Source of the DNA: Sminthopsis crassicaudata
Lineage: Eukaryota
Assembly: GCF_048593235.1 (NCBI RefSeq)
Contig: NC_133618.1
Coordinates: forward strand, 528,398,465-528,462,464
Length of the DNA stretch: 64,000 nucleotides
Reading direction: 5' to 3'
Shown here: in pieces, positions 40,147 to 51,953 of the stretch
How positions within the stretch are numbered: position 1 is the first letter of the stretch
Layout: the number at the start of each line of letters is the position of its first letter
Translations under genes and position numbers: made by a program
The notes under the pieces: model-generated
What the model was told of the DNA's origin: nothing
Databases searched by the model: none
Seen by the model: only the letters and a program-made list of their open reading frames with translations

Positions 40147-43100
40147 ATTTCAAGAAAAAGAAAGGAAAACCAAGAACCACAGACAAAAATATTCTTTATT
40201 GTTACAAACCAGATTAACATCACAGAACTGCTATAATTTAAGATTTACTTGGAATACTGTTATAATTGGATTATGAGCTAAAAAATAGAAAACTCTCTTA
40301 TTTTTTCCAGGAATAGTATGATAAGGAGTTTGAGAATACTATTATAAAAGCAATTAATTGATCCTGGCAGAGAATCTAAATGGAGGCATTGAGATAGAAT
40401 GTAACAGGAAAAAGGATGGCATAGGACCCAGAGAAAAGACTAGAAAGTGAACTAATGAGGGTAACAGACCTTTGGAGAGAATAGCAACTTAAAAATAACA
40501 CATTGCATATGATGGTAGAGTTGGGGACTGAAAAAAATTGTAGTAAGTGACTGCATATATAAATCTCAAGTAAGCTAAAAGGCTAAATGGGCTATCAGGA
40601 TCCTATTCAAATAACTTAGTAAAAGTTATACTAAAAACATCATTAAAAAATTACGAATTTTAGCCTGGAGTATCCCTTTGGCTTTTTCTACAATACTTCT
40701 TAAGTACTGATTAATCTAATAATTTAAAAATGAAGAATTGAGAGAAAAAACAGGACAATAGCATGAAGAAAAGGATTTTTTTTTTTTTTCAGATAGGAGA
40801 ATAGTCTGAGTATGTTTCTAGGGAAAAAGAAAGGAACCAATGGGGAGGAAGATATAAATTCAAGAGAAGAAATAGCTTGTAAGAGTTATAGAAGAATTGG
40901 AAGGGGACAAAAATCTTACCACAGAAATAGAATTATCCTCAAAAAGGAGCTAAGTTGCTTTTCCCCTCTAAAATAGGAAGGAGGGTAGAGAGCTTTGACA
41001 AATAAATGGGAATATAATAAAATTAATGGGAAAAGTTAAAAAGATAACACAGTTAAAACAGAAGGTCTCAATATTCTGAGTTAAGCAAAAGTAAAAGAAT
41101 ATAAATTCATAATAAGGAGAGTTGCCAGGAAACTGGCAACTTGAGGGAAGCAGAAAATGTCTAGAAAAAGCAGTTTTAACAGAATAGCTACTAAAAGTTA
41201 TTAAAAGTAATACTGACAATTGTTAAAAGACTACAATGAGGTTCTATACTTTCAAATAGCATACATAATGGCTTTGACTCTTTAAAATCTTTTTCAAACA
41301 ATGCTCTATATGCTAAGTGAAGCTGAGGAAATAAAAAAGATGACTTTGAATCCAGAGTTCCCTGAGAATATTGGAATGATCTGCTGAATTAGTATATGTC
41401 AATTTTTTAATTCCACAAATGCTGCCCCAGGTAGCCTGCGCTACATTGACAAGGTCCTAAAATGCAGTATATAAATAAGAAAATCTAATCTAAGATCTAA
41501 TTGAATTTTAAAAGCCTTTTTATAAATCAGATCCTAATCTATTTGTATATAAAAGTTATGCTACATTTATGAGAGAATAATAAAGATATTAATTAAAAAT
41601 GGCAAGCACAGAAAAATGCTGTAACAGCACTTTTTTTAAACTTATGTGATATCAAGAATTGATATTAAGAATTAGTTTGTTTTTGAGTCATGAATACGAT
41701 GGAAATCACCAATTGAGTTTCGAATTACATTTTGTAGTGACTCAGTGACAAAATCAATGCCATTATATTTCGTGAAATACTAATTTAAAAGGCAAAAATG
41801 TTTCATTGTTGACTAAGACTAAGCAATATGAATTTGTAGCTTTGGTGTTAAACATCCATAGCATCAAATTTTAATTAAAAATTTGTGTTGGCTGGTGAAA
41901 AATGTTGAACATTCATGAGTCTCCAAAGGATGTCAGTTTTTTCTAGAAAATTATTATTTTTTTTGAGAACCTATCCCTGTGGCCAATTTTATAAAACTAA
42001 AGTAAAAAGTTTAGCTTTGTCTTTGCAATGTTAGATTTTCAGGAATAATGGTGCAGGATGGACAGATATTGAAGGATTATAATCTGCATCACTAGAGGGA
42101 ATTTAAATCTAAATTAGTGAGATCATAAATTCATCTAATTACATCAGGGTCTATCTACCTTGGCAAATACTGGTAACTTAACTGCCCCCAAGGTCGTAAG
42201 ACTATGAAAGAACTATGAAGAATAGTAACTTGTTCTTATTTATGTGAATGCTGCAGGCTGGCCAAAACAAACAAACAAAACACCTTTAGTAACCAGAAAA
42301 TTTCATTATTCTAGTGCTTACATATGAACAATAAATATCTTGACTGGCTGTAGCTTCCTTGAAAAAAAAACAAAAAACAAAACACACAAAACCCTCAAAA
42401 AACTTCAGTAAAGGTTCATTTAAGAATCATTACCTTACTGGAGTGTAGTAAAGGATTCCTTATTTTTAGACAATTATAGTCTGCCCTGGGGCTGCAGGGT
42501 TATTGGATTGTTTTACCATCTTCTGCCTGCAAATCTTTACTCAAGGATACAAATGATGAACTATTATGTGTTATAGAACAGGAAATGTAATATCAGAAGA
42601 AATTTCAAAAACAAAACAAATTAAACACTGATCTATCATGCTGATGACACCAAATATTCAATCCTGTTATGATGTTAAAGATGATACATTCTGGGAATTC
42701 TGTCTATAAAAAAAACTACAGAGTAACATGTCCTATCTACAAAAGTTGTATTGTCTTCTGGTTTGTAAACCTAAGAAGCCACTATCCTCAACATTGAGTT
42801 ATTGAAATATTATGGAATACTACTAATTCATATCTCAAAAAATGAAGGAAAAAAGCACAGGCAAAAGCTGACAATACCTGTGAGTCATTTTTATTAGTGA
42901 TACAAAAATAATAAATGTTTTAGATGCTCCTGGACACTGATCCTAATAATGATGATAATGATTTTTGACAAACTTATAGAAATCTATTTCAGCCTGATTC
43001 AATTATTTGTAAAATGGCAACTTTGTTATACTGATATATTACATTGTTCATGCGACTTTTATAAGAGGCAAATGGTTTAAAAGCAAGTTATCATGAGGTA

Positions 43101-43289
43101 TTATTTAAAAAAAAAAAAGCTAGTTCCACAGCAGAGTAGTAATCAAGGTTCCTGCTACTCCATAACAATTACAACTACAGCTACATGTGTAACAGAGAGT
43201 TGTTGAATGAGGACTGATTAAAAAGAAAAGTTTAAGTTTATTAAGTTGTTGCTCAGAAAGGATGAGGATAGTTTACATTTATATAGTGC

Positions 43290-43495
43290 CTCTTCAAAAT
43301 ACAAGCAATTTGTATGTCTCTTATTTGAGTGATAGAAATAATTTAGAATTATCCCCATTTTACAGATGAGGAAACTGAGGCTTAGAGAGGTTAAGTGACT
43401 TGCCCAGGGTCACACAGCTAGTAATAGGATTTGAATCCAGGTATACCTGATTCCAAGTCCAGCATATCATCCATTATGCCACGCTGCCTCTCAGT
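43290..43495 (-). mobile_element. MIR, well preserved
   Basis: ccccattttacagatgaggaaactgaggcttagagaggttaagtgacttgcccagggtcacacagctagt. Confidence 0.88.
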
Positions 43496-43884
43496 ATAAG
43501 ACTTTTAGACAGATTTATATTAAAACATAAAATGTTAAGGTATCTGGCAAATTAAGATTGGGCAGAAAATAAATTCATGGTGGTCTACAGATTTTCAAGT
43601 ACATAGAATTTATCACCACTCTTTGCTCAGTTAAGTAAACAGTGGCAATGTGAAATACATAAAGGCTTTCTAAAAATTATATGTTACTAAAACTTTCTGA
43701 CATGTAAATAAAAAAATTATTTTCAAATTTTAAAGTAAAACTAAGTTCTACTAATAGAAAAAAAAATTAAGTTAACATTTTTATGGTAAATGTTACTAAC
43801 TGCTAAAATGAAAATGTTCTTACATTCAAAATTATTAAATATATTTTATTTTAATGACCTTTAAGATGAAAAACAAAATATTAC

Positions 43885-43930
43885 CTCAGGTGTAGCTTCT
43901 TTTTCCATAGTGATTATTTCATTCTTTAAC
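43885..43930 (-). CDS. ZNF280D: ZNF280D coding exon, 46 nt: (E)LKNEIITMEKEATPE
   Basis: Acceptor ttattttacttctattAG and donor GAG|GTAATA; phase 2 in and phase 0 out. Confidence 0.85.
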
Positions 43931-44835
43931 CTAATAGAAGTAAAATAAGTTTTTGAGATTTTACTATCTTTTAAGCAATAAAATATTTAACTCCTACGTT
44001 TTTCATGCTTGAAAGAAAATTACTGTAAATATATATTTATACATATGCAAAATTTTATTGTATATATTTTCAGTAAATATTTTAAAGTAGAAAGAGAACA
44101 TAAAGACCCAATCATATCCAGATTTTTATGTAAAAAAGACTCCCAAATGATAAGAAACTTTCCTCAGGAATTTATAATTATATAAGTACTTGGAAATTTT
44201 CTTTTAAGTAGTCAATAAGCATGTTAGATAATTAATCTGTTATTTGTTATTTCATAACAGCCAAATGCTATCTAAATGAGAAATCAAATTGTTTGGTGGA
44301 GCCATTATCATTTAAAAATTATACAGCTAGATATTTAAAAAAATATTTTCACTCAAGTTTAAAAGCAAAGTGGTTTTTTGTTTGTTTTTTTTTAAAGGAT
44401 AAACACTTTAATCAATTACAAGGTTAAAATATAATTACCAGTAAAAAAAATTTAAGATACAATCTTTTTTAAACCACCCAAAATAATGCTATGTCAGATT
44501 ATTACAAACAGGTTACTCTGAATGCTATAAAGTTACAGGAGCACTAACTTTAATTCTGTTATGAACACTAATGCAGAAATGGTGAAAAGTTTATTTCCTA
44601 TGAAATCTTCTAAGGCATCACTTTCAATACAAAACTTTTCAAAGGCCTGTTTTGGAAATAACTAGTAATTATCTCAGATGACAATGTAAAAAAAAATTAA
44701 TTTCAATCTGTTTAACTTGGGAGCTATGTTTAGCATATCTGATCTGAATTCAGTGCAATTAAGCATTAAGTGATTAATAATCTCAAAAAGCTTAATGGCT
44801 ATGTAGAATAATATTCTTAAAAATAAGCCATAATG

Positions 44836-44972
44836 GGGGCAGCTAGGTGGTGCAGTGGATAGAGCACCAGCCCTGAATTCAGGAGGACCCGAGTTCAAAT
44901 CTGATCTCAGACACTTAACACTTCCTAGCTGTGTGACCCTGGGCAAGTCCCCAGCCTCAGGGGGAAAAAAAA
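44836..44972 (+). mobile_element. Young WSINE1-like SINE, 11-bp TSD, 7-bp internal deletion
   Basis: TSD aagccataatg at 44825-44835 and 44973-44983; lacks acttaac after gggcaagtc; tail GGGGG plus A-run. Confidence 0.93.
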
Positions 44973-45994
44973 AAGCCATAATGATATTGATTTCAATTTT
45001 ATAAGGAAAACTAAATTCACTAATATTTGAGATACTATTCATCTAAAACAGAAATACTATCCATCTTAACTGACAAATAATAACTGTGTAGTCAATGAAG
45101 TGATGCTGACAAAGAAAGACTAATTCAATAATCATTATTTGCTCTCTATGGCTATATTTTAAAAATTATATTTACTAATGGTTATTTTAATTGGATATTA
45201 TTTTTTGTACAGGAGGGTTTGGCTAGACAATTTAGATTAGTGACTTGCCCAGGGTCACACAGCTAATTCTTAATTATCTGAGAATAGATTTGGATTTAAT
45301 GCAGTGCTCTATCTACTATGTCAGCTAGCTGTTCCCTTTTTACTAGATATTAATAACAAATTTGTTAGTTCTATACAAAACCATTTGCATTTATTTTAAT
45401 TATTTTACCCTGAATTTATAAATACAACAAATATGCTAAAATATGTAAATAATATTTCTTTTGAAGCATTAATATATATTGTGTTATGATAACTTACAAT
45501 TAACTGTGGAGAAAAATTAACTAGAATAAAACAAATGTCAACACTAAATAGAACAAATGGCTCTCAACCAATTTTGATTAAATCAGGATTTGTACTCCTT
45601 AGAAATGTTTTATCAATAAAACAAGAAGTAGCATCTCAAAACATAGCCTTATCATTTAAAATGGAAAATTGTGACCAAACACAGTTTTAAATATTTTATA
45701 TTATTTAAAATAATTGATATGGATAGGGAAAAATATTTTTAAATAATCTTAAGAATCAAACGGTATGTAATTTTTGATCATAAAATAAAAGCTTATGAAA
45801 TAATTTTACATTTTATATTATAAAATAAAAGTATAAAACTACTTATATATACTCAGTTAAAAGTAAATGAAATGTAACTCCTTTCATAGAAATAATTTAC
45901 TTTGAACTTCAAAAAATAAATTTATTTTTTTTTTTACTATAACTACACAAAAATAGACTTCTAAACAGAAAAATTATTTTCTGAGCCAATGATT

Positions 45995-46220
45995 ATCTAC
46001 TTTAAACTAATAATATCTAGCACTTTATAAATATCTTATTTTCACAACAGTTCTGGGAGGTAAGTGCTGTTATTATCCTCAATTTTACAGCTGAGCAAAT
46101 TGAGTTGGACCTAGTTAAGTGACTTACTTAGGGTCACACAACTATTAAGTGTTTAAGAATAAAATTGGATTCCTGGTCCAAATGATCTATCCAATAAACC
46201 ACTGAGGTGTCTATTCCACT
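45995..46220 (-). mobile_element. MIR
   Basis: gaggtaagtgctgttattatcctcaattttacagctgagcaaattgag...gttaagtgacttacttagggtcacaca. Confidence 0.75.
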
Positions 46221-46658
46221 TTGGCCATAGATATGAGTCTGATAAAAGTTATAAAAGGCAAAATGTAACCCATAACACAGTATTTTAATTTATCATTGTA
46301 GCTTTATATTTGTAGAAGCGTAGTATTTGGTTATATTATGTTTTTAAAAAATCAATAATCTGTATATTAACTAATTGGAATATTATAAACAAATAGATCA
46401 AAAAGTTATATTTTTCAAAAAGTTATATAAAGAATTTAAAACATAATGCTATTCTTCTTAAATATTTCATCAAATTATATCGTTGCCAAGTGTTTTTATT
46501 ACTTTCACTTACAGAGTATAAAGAAGCTAAATGTTTATAGAAAGAATACTGAACTGACAAAGTAAGATCTGGTTTCAAGTTGTAGCTAATAGTTACTGTT
46601 TGGATAACCTGAGCTTTTCTCATCCATAAAAATGATAAGAATTCTGGAACTAAACTAT

Positions 46659-46756
46659 TTTGAAGGGTTGTGAAAATCAAATAAGAAAACAAACATTTGA
46701 TACTTTATTTGAAGGGTTGTGAAAATCAAATGAGAAAACAAACATTTGATATTTTA
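46659..46756. repeat. 49-bp tandem duplication within a MIR tail
   Basis: tttgaagggttgtgaaaatcaaat(a/g)agaaaacaaacatttgata(c/t)ttta x2, 2 mismatches. Confidence 0.92.
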
Positions 46757-47176
46757 TCACTGTGAAGAATTGTATGAGTTGTGAGTTGTCAAGAAATTAA
46801 GATAGTAAAGACTTCTACTAGATAACTCTTGAGTTGTATAACAAAAGCTTCCAAACCCATCTATTATCCCTCTTTTCAAGTAAATAAAGCATATAATAAT
46901 AATAAAAATGATGATAGTTATTCAAATTTTAAAAGGCCATAGTAATTATAAGAATTTTAACTGGGATATGTAGACATATCATAATATCATCATAAAAAGC
47001 ATACTTATTTAAATTACATCTTAAAAATAGGAGCTCTGGTTTTAAGATCTCTGATATAGATACTGATTGTCACAGACTGCAGTTTTGTAGGTTTTTATTT
47101 TATAAAAAAATGCTTATGTAGTAAATGCTATTTTTGAATTGAACATACTGTTCCTAAATAAAAGAAAATTAATAAA

Positions 47177-47280
47177 TATATATATATATATATATATATT
47201 AGTTATGTCTAAAAATAAACTTATCAAACTAATTTCCAATCTTGCCTCCGACAAAAACCAAAATACACAATAACTGGGGA

Positions 47281-47314
<34 letters not shown>
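47177..47314. repeat. Two (TA)n microsatellites (about 47177-47198 and 47284-47314)
   Basis: Visible TA arrays. Confidence 0.9.
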
Positions 47315-47319
<5 letters not shown>

Positions 47320-48138
47320 CAGAGGTCCCTAAAATATAATCTTTGACAGCTTTTCCTAAAGAATTTAAGTTACTGGCTAAATTAGGCTTGGAATTCAGGA
47401 ACTTTTTTTCTTAAGGGAAAACAAGTTTTATGTATAGAAATTTGATTAAAAGTTTTTATTTCAAATAGTTTTAAATTGTGGTATTCTTTGTTAATATGTT
47501 TTGAAAGACAAAGGTCTTCATTTTGACCACTGTAAAATGATTTAATCAGTACTAATGATGATTTGTCTAGATGATCCTATCAAAATGCTTTATGCCTTCA
47601 CATAACATTTTAGTCAATATTCAAAATTAAAAGTTGTGAAACAAGCAGTTGTGTTAAACTTGGTGACAATTTTAAATATAAGAAATTTTATAAAATGTAG
47701 CAAAAAGTTATGAGAAAAAAACAAAGAAATATGAACACAAACAAACATGGAGGAAAACAACATAAATTTTACCTACTCAATGAAAGTTTAAAAATTAGTA
47801 CTGGCAAAAAAATATAATAGAAGTGACAATGAATAGCAAATTATAAATGAGATTAAAAATAGTGCTGGTCCGAAATGCAATTGTGACATAATGGTCATGG
47901 GCAAGAAAATTGCAGCTTGTCTACACCATGAATTTGAACTTAGTTTCAGAAGTCTGAACTTTACATTTGGAAAATGAATGTAAGAATGTAATTTAAAGCA
48001 CTGCAGCCAAAATGAACAAGCTTCAAACTTAAAACTGCATTAGAACTAAGATGTTGAAGCAATGGGCTGATGGGCTTACTGGCTAGAACTGGACCAAAGA
48101 TTAAAAAGAAGAGCCACAGCCCCCAGTGGGAACTATGC

Positions 48139-48382
48139 TCAACTTGGTGTGCCTTGTGGCCTTCTAGGCCACATCAGCATCAGACTTACGGGAGGCCAGC
48201 CATGTAGCAAGGCACTCTCCCCAAGATCTGATTGCTTGAGGCGACAACCTGGAGCAGGTTCCACAGTCAGACTATTCACGATCCTTGGTAAGGGAGAAGA
48301 GGCACCAGTTGTGTCCATCGGAGGGGGACACTGTCCAGATATACCCTGGACATTTTTTGAAATCTCTGGGCTGCTTCTGCAT
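48139..48382 (-). CDS. ZNF280D: Putative alternative (terminal or cassette) ZNF280D exon: (E)CRSSPEISKNVQGISGQCPPPMDTTGASSPLPR...HGWPP
   Basis: Strong acceptor tatttttcttatttttcAG (48383-48384). Open for 80 codons in the phase delivered by exon 49010-49046. Internal donor CCC|GTAAGT at 48190/48189. GC-richer than the surrounding intron and not recognisably a repeat. Confidence 0.5.
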
Positions 48383-49009
48383 CTGAAAAATAAGAAAAAT
48401 AGCAAAATAACAGAGAAAGAATGGAAAGAAAGGAGAGTTAACTGACCTTAAACTCAGACTTACAAATAAGAAATCAATTAAGAAACAAGACAAGACAGAG
48501 CCAAAAGACAAACAACTATATTATTTAATGTAAAACATACTTGATGTCAACATATTAGATACTGTAAAAGAAAAGACATATATTAAGCAAAGTTTTAAAG
48601 ACTATAATAGCAAGTTATTTCAGAATAAAGCCAATAAGAGAAAAAAATGAATGTTTAAAAACTTGACAGAAAGATATAAGTATCTAATATCATTTGTGGG
48701 CTGGAAAGAACTGAATAATGTTGGCCATAATTCAAAAAATGCTAATGAATTAAAACACCTAGGGCTGTGAATTTCAGGAATTCCATTTTGTCTTAGACCA
48801 GATCATGAGCCCCACGCAAAGCAGGACCACCACTTTCAACAAGTATCTTAAATAAACAAAAACAAAACCAAAAATAAAACACAAACACACATGTGCGCGC
48901 GCACACACAGACACCCCTAAACTCTTTAATATTTTTTTGGTTCTGTCAATGGCAATTGAAAAATCCAGCAGTGCTAACCGTCATTAGTACTTAAAATAAA
49001 GTCACTTAC

Positions 49010-49046
49010 TCTGGAAGTTGTTCAGAATTTGAGACAGAAACAGGCA
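49010..49046 (-). CDS. ZNF280D: ZNF280D coding exon, 37 nt: (M)PVSVSNSEQLP(E)
   Basis: Acceptor ttttcttctaatttcAG and donor AGA|GTAAGT; preceded by a 102-nt intron; phase 1 in and phase 2 out keeps the frame. Confidence 0.88.
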
Positions 49047-49148
49047 CTGAAATTAGAAGAAAAATTTTAGATTTAAAAGAAATGACAACTGGGTCAATGT
49101 TGTAGGTAATTAAAGTGATTCATTAAAATATAATATACAAATACTTAC

Positions 49149-49267
49149 TATTTTCTTTAATAATTTGGCATGTGTGAGTATCACTTTCACTTAAATGTGT
49201 GGCCATATTATCTACACCAGAAACATCAGTTAGGAAATCACAATTAAGGCACACTACAGTAATGCCC
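49149..49267 (-). CDS. ZNF280D: ZNF280D coding exon, 119 nt: (R)GITVVCLNCDFLTDVSGVDNMATHLSESDTHTCQIIKEN; degenerate C2H2-type finger
   Basis: Acceptor ttttctcttctAG and donor ATA|GTAAGT; open in the phase set by the previous exon; CxxC-x12-H pattern. Confidence 0.93.
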
Positions 49268-49671
49268 CTAGAAGAGAAAAAACAAATATTGAAAAGTTTC
49301 AACTTTTAAGTTTACACACAATTTAACTGATTTTTTTCCCTTATAATGATAAAGTTTACTATCACAATGATGACTTCTAATGTTTTTCTAGAAAATTCTA
49401 ATTCTTAAGGACAAATAATTCTTAAGGAAAAAAGAAATTAGAACATTTGAAACAAGTTTAAATTAAAGCTTTCAGTCATTAAGAGCCAATTTTTACTATT
49501 TTAAGTATTTCCACATATAGTTCTTTTAAAAGTTAGACATGTAGAGACTGAGGTTTAGTAATGGCTTGATCACATAACTTGAAGAAAGTCACATTTTTTT
49601 CTGTGTCATTACCCATTCACAAAACAAAATATATATTTGCCAAATATGTTTTACAGTGTTATTGTGGGGAT

Positions 49672-50182
49672 TGTTATGCCACAGTTCTGAGTTTCTCTAA
49701 TTATACTGACCCACTCCTGACTCAGTTTCTCTGTTTTTCAAAGCTCAGTCCTACAAAAACCTCCCCTACCTCTTTATCAGAATATTTGATAAGGATAAAA
49801 GATCTTATGTTTTAGAATATCAGAATGCCTCTCCCCATCCCAAGCTATCAGATACTGTCTTATCAAGGTGCCTCTCCCCATGTTCGGGGTGCTTCCCCCT
49901 GATTATATCATCCCTCTCTGGAGGCTCACCCACCCTATCACAGTGAAGTTCTCCTCTCAGTACCCTGACTCCACCCCTGCCTTAGTATATATACCCCCTT
50001 AGTCTGAGCCATGTATATATAGGTCATTGAGAACTCACATTGTTGGCTAGATTCTTGGAGACAATAGTCTCATTCAGTCCTGGGACCAAACCATGGATCC
50101 ATTTGGTCTCAGTAAATCTCTCCCTCTCAAAATATTAAATACTTTCTAATCTCTATCTTGACTCAGTTTCTCTGGCATTACA
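49672..50182 (+). mobile_element. Solo LTR, about 510 bp, antisense to ZNF280D
   Basis: TGTTATGCC...GGCATTACA termini forming an imperfect inverted repeat; TATA-like (gtatatatacc, gtatatatagg); ATTAAA near 50135. The 3' end ctcagtttctc.g..attaca is shared with 52537-53013. TSD not clean. Confidence 0.8.
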
Positions 50183-51811
50183 GATAAAATTAGAGGATAG
50201 AAGACTTATAAAACGATGGATATTGTAATCATTTCTTTGCTAATGATCAATTACCATAAAGGCTCAACAGGATACACACTTCAGGCTCAAATCACTGATA
50301 ACTTTAATAGTACTTTTAAATAATCAATAATGTCACAGGATTCTTTAGGAGAGAAATTTGAAATGATTAATAGCTAGTTATTAAATAATTAATTTGTTAT
50401 TAGTTATTGATGAATAAATATATACATGAAAACATATATAAAAAACCAAACTGAATCTGTCACTTTTATCTACCAATCCCGCCCCTCCCCTAACTTCAGT
50501 GTTTACTAACATTGCCACTATAGTAGCTAAGTTCCAAACAGCAATTTGACAACTTTATGTTTTTAATTCTCCTTATACCCCACCTCCAACAATTCTTAGG
50601 GTTACTAAATCATAGTAATTTCCCACCACAAAGTGCATCTTGAAAATATCTTTTTATTCTATCTACCACCATCTTATTTCAGCTCTCAATTATCATGTAT
50701 ATGGACTACAACAGTAGTAACTTAATGAGCCTTCCTTTTTAGGAGGTTCTAGCTCTCTCTCCAATCCATTCTGAATTCCATTGATTATTTAATTATACTA
50801 TAATGCTTCAAAGGTTCTCTATTGCCCACTATCTAAATACAATTTTTAAAATTCAAAATTTCACAATATAACAGCACCTTTATTTCCCACTGGTTCAACT
50901 AAACATTGTAGCCACACAAGACTACTCACCACTTCCTGTACTCAAGCTACATTTTTGAACTTTCATTTCTTTCTTCATGTCACTGCATCCACTTAGAATG
51001 TCACAACTCTGCCCATTTAAATTCTACCAATTTTTAAATACTGCATCAAATTCTACCTCTTTCCTTAACCATTACTCAGATGTGATATCTGCTTCCCCCT
51101 TCTCCCCATCTCTTGCCTAAATTACTCTTAAGATGCCTAATTAAAATGTCTTAGTAAGCTCTTATTCATCAAGGAGAGTATCATCTAGAACTTGGAATTT
51201 GTGACAAAAATCAAAAATAATACACAGCTGGCAAATCAACACACATGTGAAAAGAGAATTGTATTTTCATTATCATCTAAGGATTTACAATGACTTCAAA
51301 GAAAATTTCTTTTTTTAACCATGGGCAATATGTTAAAATATGTGCAATAAAAGATAAATATTGGTTACAAAGGGGAAGAAGGACAATCTTTAAATTTCAA
51401 TATTTATGTTACTTAATAATGTTAATTTAATATAAAGGCCTAAAAAAAGAAGAGCTACCTAATGCAAAATACATTAAAGCTATAAAGAAATTAGCCTAGG
51501 GCAGTCCATTGAAAAATTAACATCATGCCCATATGAATAGAATGGTGTTTTTTAAAAATGTATCAAACAATGTCATCAATAGTCAACTTAAAGATTTACT
51601 GGTTTTTTTGGAATAAATTTGGAAAATTCATCATTATTTTAAAGCCCACTATTAATTAATGTAGCATCTAAAAAAGATAACATTTCAAACTTTTTTCTTA
51701 CTTTAAAATTTAAAAAAAAATTTTTTTTTTTATCCTTGAATGAAAATTGTCTCTGCATTTAGACTTCCTCCTAACTGCAAGTGTCCTACTATCTTATATG
51801 TGCTATTCTGT

Positions 51812-51953
51812 CCCTCTCCCCCCAAGATTGGGGTTAAGTGACTTGCCCAGGGTCACACAGCTAGGAAGTGTTAAGTGTCTGAGACCACATTTGGACTCCA
51901 GTCCTCCTGAATTCAGGGCTGGTGCTCTATCCACTGCGCCACCTAGCTGCCCC
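51812..51953 (-). mobile_element. Young WSINE1-like SINE with no poly(A), perfect 14-bp TSD
   Basis: TSD atgtgctattctgt at 51798-51811 and 51954-51967; the element's 3' end reads GGGGGGAGAGGG. Confidence 0.94.

Noticed and set aside
41300-42130. Search for a fossil pogo/DDE transposase exon like that in the paralogue POGZ
   Set aside because: Manual minus-strand translation of part of this stretch showed no HTH or DDE-like motif; a sensitive HMM search would be needed to exclude it across the whole intron.
44674-45042. ORFs containing LGLSDLPRVTQLGSVKCL...PEFRAGALST (also 18107..18457, 51747..51974, 58137..58352, 61762..61947)
   Set aside because: The shared peptide is just the antisense translation of the WSINE1-like SINE, not a protein family.
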